37,811 nt of DNA from Catajapyx aquilonaris. Taxonomy: Eukaryota. Within the stretch, counting starts at the first letter, position 1. Every line of letters starts with the position of its first letter. Of the stretch, positions 34,017 to 37,811 are shown in pieces. The translations under genes were made by a program, and so were the position numbers. The notes beneath the pieces are model-generated. The model did not search any database, had not been told where the DNA came from, and worked only from the letters and a program-made list of their open reading frames with translations. The stretch is taken from contig KZ538976.1 of the NCBI GenBank assembly GCA_000934665.2, positions 1-37,811 of the forward strand, written 5' to 3'.

Positions 34017-34914
34017 TAACGACCAATTAGCTGGTAACACCCTGCTACTTGTGTAGTCTGGTGGTGCTGAAACCAGCATTTCTCATGTGGTATAATATCT
34101 TCTCCGGTGTCTCCGTGAGTACAGTTCCCGCAGCGTTAGTTGAACCGTGATGATAAAAAGATGAAAAACGAGCGTGTCAGATAACATCTGTGCAGCGTTG
34201 ACCACTCGTAGCGTGTGGTGCAAAAAGCACTGTCTGGCTGCTGCTACTATACTGGTGGGGTTGCAAAAGATTTAAGCGTCCCCTGGTGGTGGAAAGTAGA
34301 AGGACACTTCCCTGCCCCGGTTAATGAGAAACTCCATAGATCAAAATTACGGAGTGGAGAAAAGCTTTTCCTCCTGGCCTCGCCATCACTTTGCAGATGG
34401 AAATAGGTCAGGTCATATTGCTAAAATGCTATATTCCTGTTGGATGAGACGGGACAAAAAAAAGGACTGGTTCTCCCCAAATGCGGTAATGCTGTGCTAA
34501 TTCTAATTAAATCTCATGCAGTATGCGAAGGTGCTGCTAATATATTCATATCGGGTATGCAAATCATTTCCGGAGGGCGCAGCAAAAGGCGTTGCTTGGG
34601 AGGAATGTGCCACGGAAAAGACCCCCGAGTTTCCGGGTGTCCTAATGAATCCCTAGGAAATATGGGGTTTTCCTGGGCCAGCATACAGAACTAGAAGATC
34701 ACATGCAAAGGCTCAGACGGAAGATTTACGGTCGGTCTCTTTGTCAATTCGGCTCGTAAGATCCGCGAGCCATTTGCAGCCTCGAAAATGCCTAGGGAGC
34801 GAACCGAGTACGTGATGGTTGAAACGTGTGTGTATTGCTATTCCCTGCATGTCTTAAAGGTCCAGCCCCATGATATACTGTACAGTACATGAGGTTTATT
34901 TCTTGCAGGAGGAA

Positions 34915-35215
34915 GCCAACTCCGATGTTCCGGAAAACCAGACGCAAAGGTCAGTTTTACACTTTTCCGAAGAAAAAAGTCTTATAGAACGGAAGTCTGT
35001 CTCTCTGTGGACAGATGTCAGACAGACAGAGCTATTCTAGGACTTTTTTCGATTTTCGGGTTCCGGGTTCACTCTATCCGCCCCTTCCACCTGACCTCCC
35101 AGTCCCCCAGAACACCATTTCCCCCCTCCCAGTCCCGTGACTCACGTTGGGGACAATAGCAGTAAACATGAAAAAGTCTACTCTAATCACCCTCACTTGA
35201 TTTGCCAATCTTATT
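34915..35215 (-). mobile_element. Deleted relic related to the 21302-22430 element
   Basis: ttccgggttcactctatccg, cccagtcccgtgac and ctaatcac..cac.tgatttgccaatctt match reverse complements of about 22089-22108, 22044-22057 and 21855-21883. Also carries the aaaaaagtct...agaacgg...gtctgtc TIR sub-motif folded back on itself (34973-35050). Confidence 0.65.
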
Positions 35216-37811
35216 TATATTTTTACCTATAATATGGAGAGAACTCATCTAAAGTGTCCACTTTTGGTACGTGCAAAGCCTGGTGTGTATAGTACATTCC
35301 AACTGCTGGAATTTGAGGCGCGTCTGAGTCCAAAAGCGGTGGTCTGGCTCTGAGACTAATTGGAGCTCCTTGTGGTCTCATTTAATGGACTTCCCCTTTT
35401 CCTTTTGCTCCAGAGAGCTCAGGTGGAAGGTTAGGGACGTGGTTGAACTGTAGTCAATCAAGGTGAAGTAGAAGGGGGGGGGAGGAAAGGACTTGATTGC
35501 TGCACGAGATGCTTCCGGATGAAGGCCAGTTCATTAATCCGATAACCCTATTCATATCGGATATTGCAAGATGAGTTATTAAAAATACTGGTTGCCATGA
35601 TTGGTATAACAGGGTTCATCCTGGGTGGTAGATAACCTATCAACCTCTCTTGTGCGACGGGTTATGTAATTTACAGGGGCTTTATTATACTCAAACAGGA
35701 TCGCTGATGAATAAAAACTCATATTTCGAAAAGCCAATGGAGAGAGTCCACAAAGCAAGCTAACAAACACCGCTGTTGTAGCATCAGCATAATTTTTGAT
35801 GGCCCGACGGGGTTCTTCGTTTTTCGCAACTCTCTGGGCTGTTTTTCTACCAAATGTTGCTTTTTGCTTGGTCAAAACACGCGGCGTATTGTTGCTCTTT
35901 GTGTGTGTTTTTTTTCACGCGTCTCTTCCTGTGTCCGGAGCCATAGGTCCACACAGTTCGGGTCGCTCCCATCACACATTTCACTGCATTCCCACTCTTC
36001 CCGAGGGGAGGTCCGGGAGAAGCGCCCCTCACTAATGCAATAGCCACTTTGTTTCGTTTCAATCCGCCAAATTGAACGCACCCAAACACCAACTCCCAGA
36101 AACACCAATGGTCACTGGAGGAATTTTGTTTGTTTGTTTGTCCCCGTAATTTCATTAGCCCGCCTAAAATAATTGCATTGTGATTGTACAATGTTTGAAT
36201 GGGATGGGGTGCAGAAATTTTTAGTTCCAAATTATTGCCACTAGTAATTTGAAAATGGTGATATAATTTGTAGATTTTCAAAATTGCCTACATTACACAT
36301 AATTTCATTATTAATGTTACAAAGCTTTTATTGATATGGGTATATTACAATGGTCGTGTTGTGCCCTTAACGGTGCCCTTTTTGTAATTGGATATGGAAA
36401 TAAATAAATAAATACAACTTTACAGATTGGGCTATATATGTGGAAGGGTCGACTGAAGTATAGCTTCGTTGTATTCAAACATTTAGGGAAGTGGACTATT
36501 TATGGGTCGAAATAGTACAATTGCAAGCGAGCCGACTCTGTTTTAGAGATTACATTATTACCTCCTTGCTTTTCTGCTGAGGCCAGCAACGGCAGCGATA
36601 ACTACTTTGCACGATACATTCAAGCCAACTTTGTCCATAATTTTCTGCAAGATACACCGGTTCCGGAACCAGATTATTTCCCACGCCGAGAGGTCCATTG
36701 GCACTGCACATTTCCACACCCAAGTACGAACTTATCTTCTGGCTTCCATTATTCAACCACCCTCCGGTTGCATCAGAACCTACTTTGCAGATTTCACCAC
36801 CTTTAAAAGATTCCTACAAAAAGTTTTTCGGCGACAATAAGACGACAGGACCGGAGAGGAACTTGTGCATCTGTTGCCATCCGCACCTTTTTTTGGGGGA
36901 GAGCCTTAGCTCGCATTGTACCTTTGATCGATGAGGCGGCGGATTATCACCTCAAAGCGATCCCGGAACTGCGATGAAAGTAGCAAATCGATAGTTTTCT
37001 CTTCGAAACCTTTAACCTCCCAAGAGCCTCTTTTCTCTTTAAATGAAAAACACGAGGGCGTCCCAGAGACACTCAACATTTTCCTTGCAATATTTTAATC
37101 ACCGAAAGAATAACGGGCGGGCGGGAGGTTATTTGCAAAAAAGAAAGTCGCAACAATAGGGGATTAGCAACAATGCGTCATCCTGGGGACAATGAGCTAG
37201 GAGTTACGAGGCACTTAGTTAGAAAGCGGCGTCATCACGAGTAATGGGACAATTTCGCAATCGTTATCTTTCTTAATAAAGCTGTGCTTAAGACGATCGA
37301 GGCAGTATTGTGTGTATTACGATCTCTATTTTTTCTGCAAGTAATTATCTACTGGCAGCTTGCTCATCCTCAAGTTAAATTCTGGTTCGATGGAAAGGCA
37401 TCAAGGTATTGCGTTGAAGCTTCCACTTTGCATGATTTATACGTAACATGTTGCATGGCTTGTACGGCGGGCTTGTAATTATTGTACAGTGCAGTTTATA
37501 TGCCAGTGCTTGCTGGCATGGTTCAAAAAAAAAGCGCTGCTGGTTGTTTGCACAAACCCAACTCGTAACTCTTGGAGACGATTGGAAAACCGCGGAGGTA
37601 AATGCCACGCCGCAGATTGGACGCTGGAACTATTTTTGTCAATCTTGCAGCCAATCGCTATAACTCACGAACTGGCCGGATAGCCACTGATTGGGTGGTT
37701 GCCATATTTCTGCAAATGACAGGGACAAATTCGTTTGAAAAAGTACAGCTGCAGTTTCATATATAGAATTGGCTTGAATCTGTACCTCTGTTTGTCCGTG
37801 GTGAGTCATCA

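Noticed and set aside
35300..37811. Short ORFs at the right end of the window
   Set aside because: No recognisable protein motifs or coherent exon chain.

Overview
AT-rich eukaryotic (invertebrate, arthropod-like) genomic DNA with short GT-AG introns and a 10-N assembly gap at 28094-28103. No rRNA, tRNA or CRISPR features were seen. Most ORF-track entries are spurious or are single exons. Manual splicing gives four gene sets. (1) A SPOP/roadkill-like MATH-BTB-BACK gene (minus strand, about 5.4-6.4 kb). (2) Two tandem secreted fibrinogen-related (FReD) genes (minus, 7.2-11.7 kb). (3) A cryptic 4-exon family of small 4-Cys secreted proteins that the ORF track misses (plus strand): one copy is predicted GPI-anchored (20194-20926), one has lost the anchor through two stop codons (18031-18750), and one is a truncated relic (about 28.0-28.6 kb). 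(4) Two BTB-BACK-PHR (BTBD1/2/3/6-like) paralogs (minus, 22912-26127 and 29335-33550) whose first exon encodes a classical signal peptide, which is unexpected for this normally cytosolic Cul3-adaptor family. The small gene and the BTB-PHR gene sit convergently and appear co-duplicated. Several non-autonomous transposons are interspersed: MITEs, a Helitron, a long-TIR element and a fold-back palindrome. The best candidate for an undescribed system is the secreted BTB-BACK-PHR plus small GPI/secreted protein module beside the FReD lectin genes. All gene models were made by eye, without database searches or predictors.
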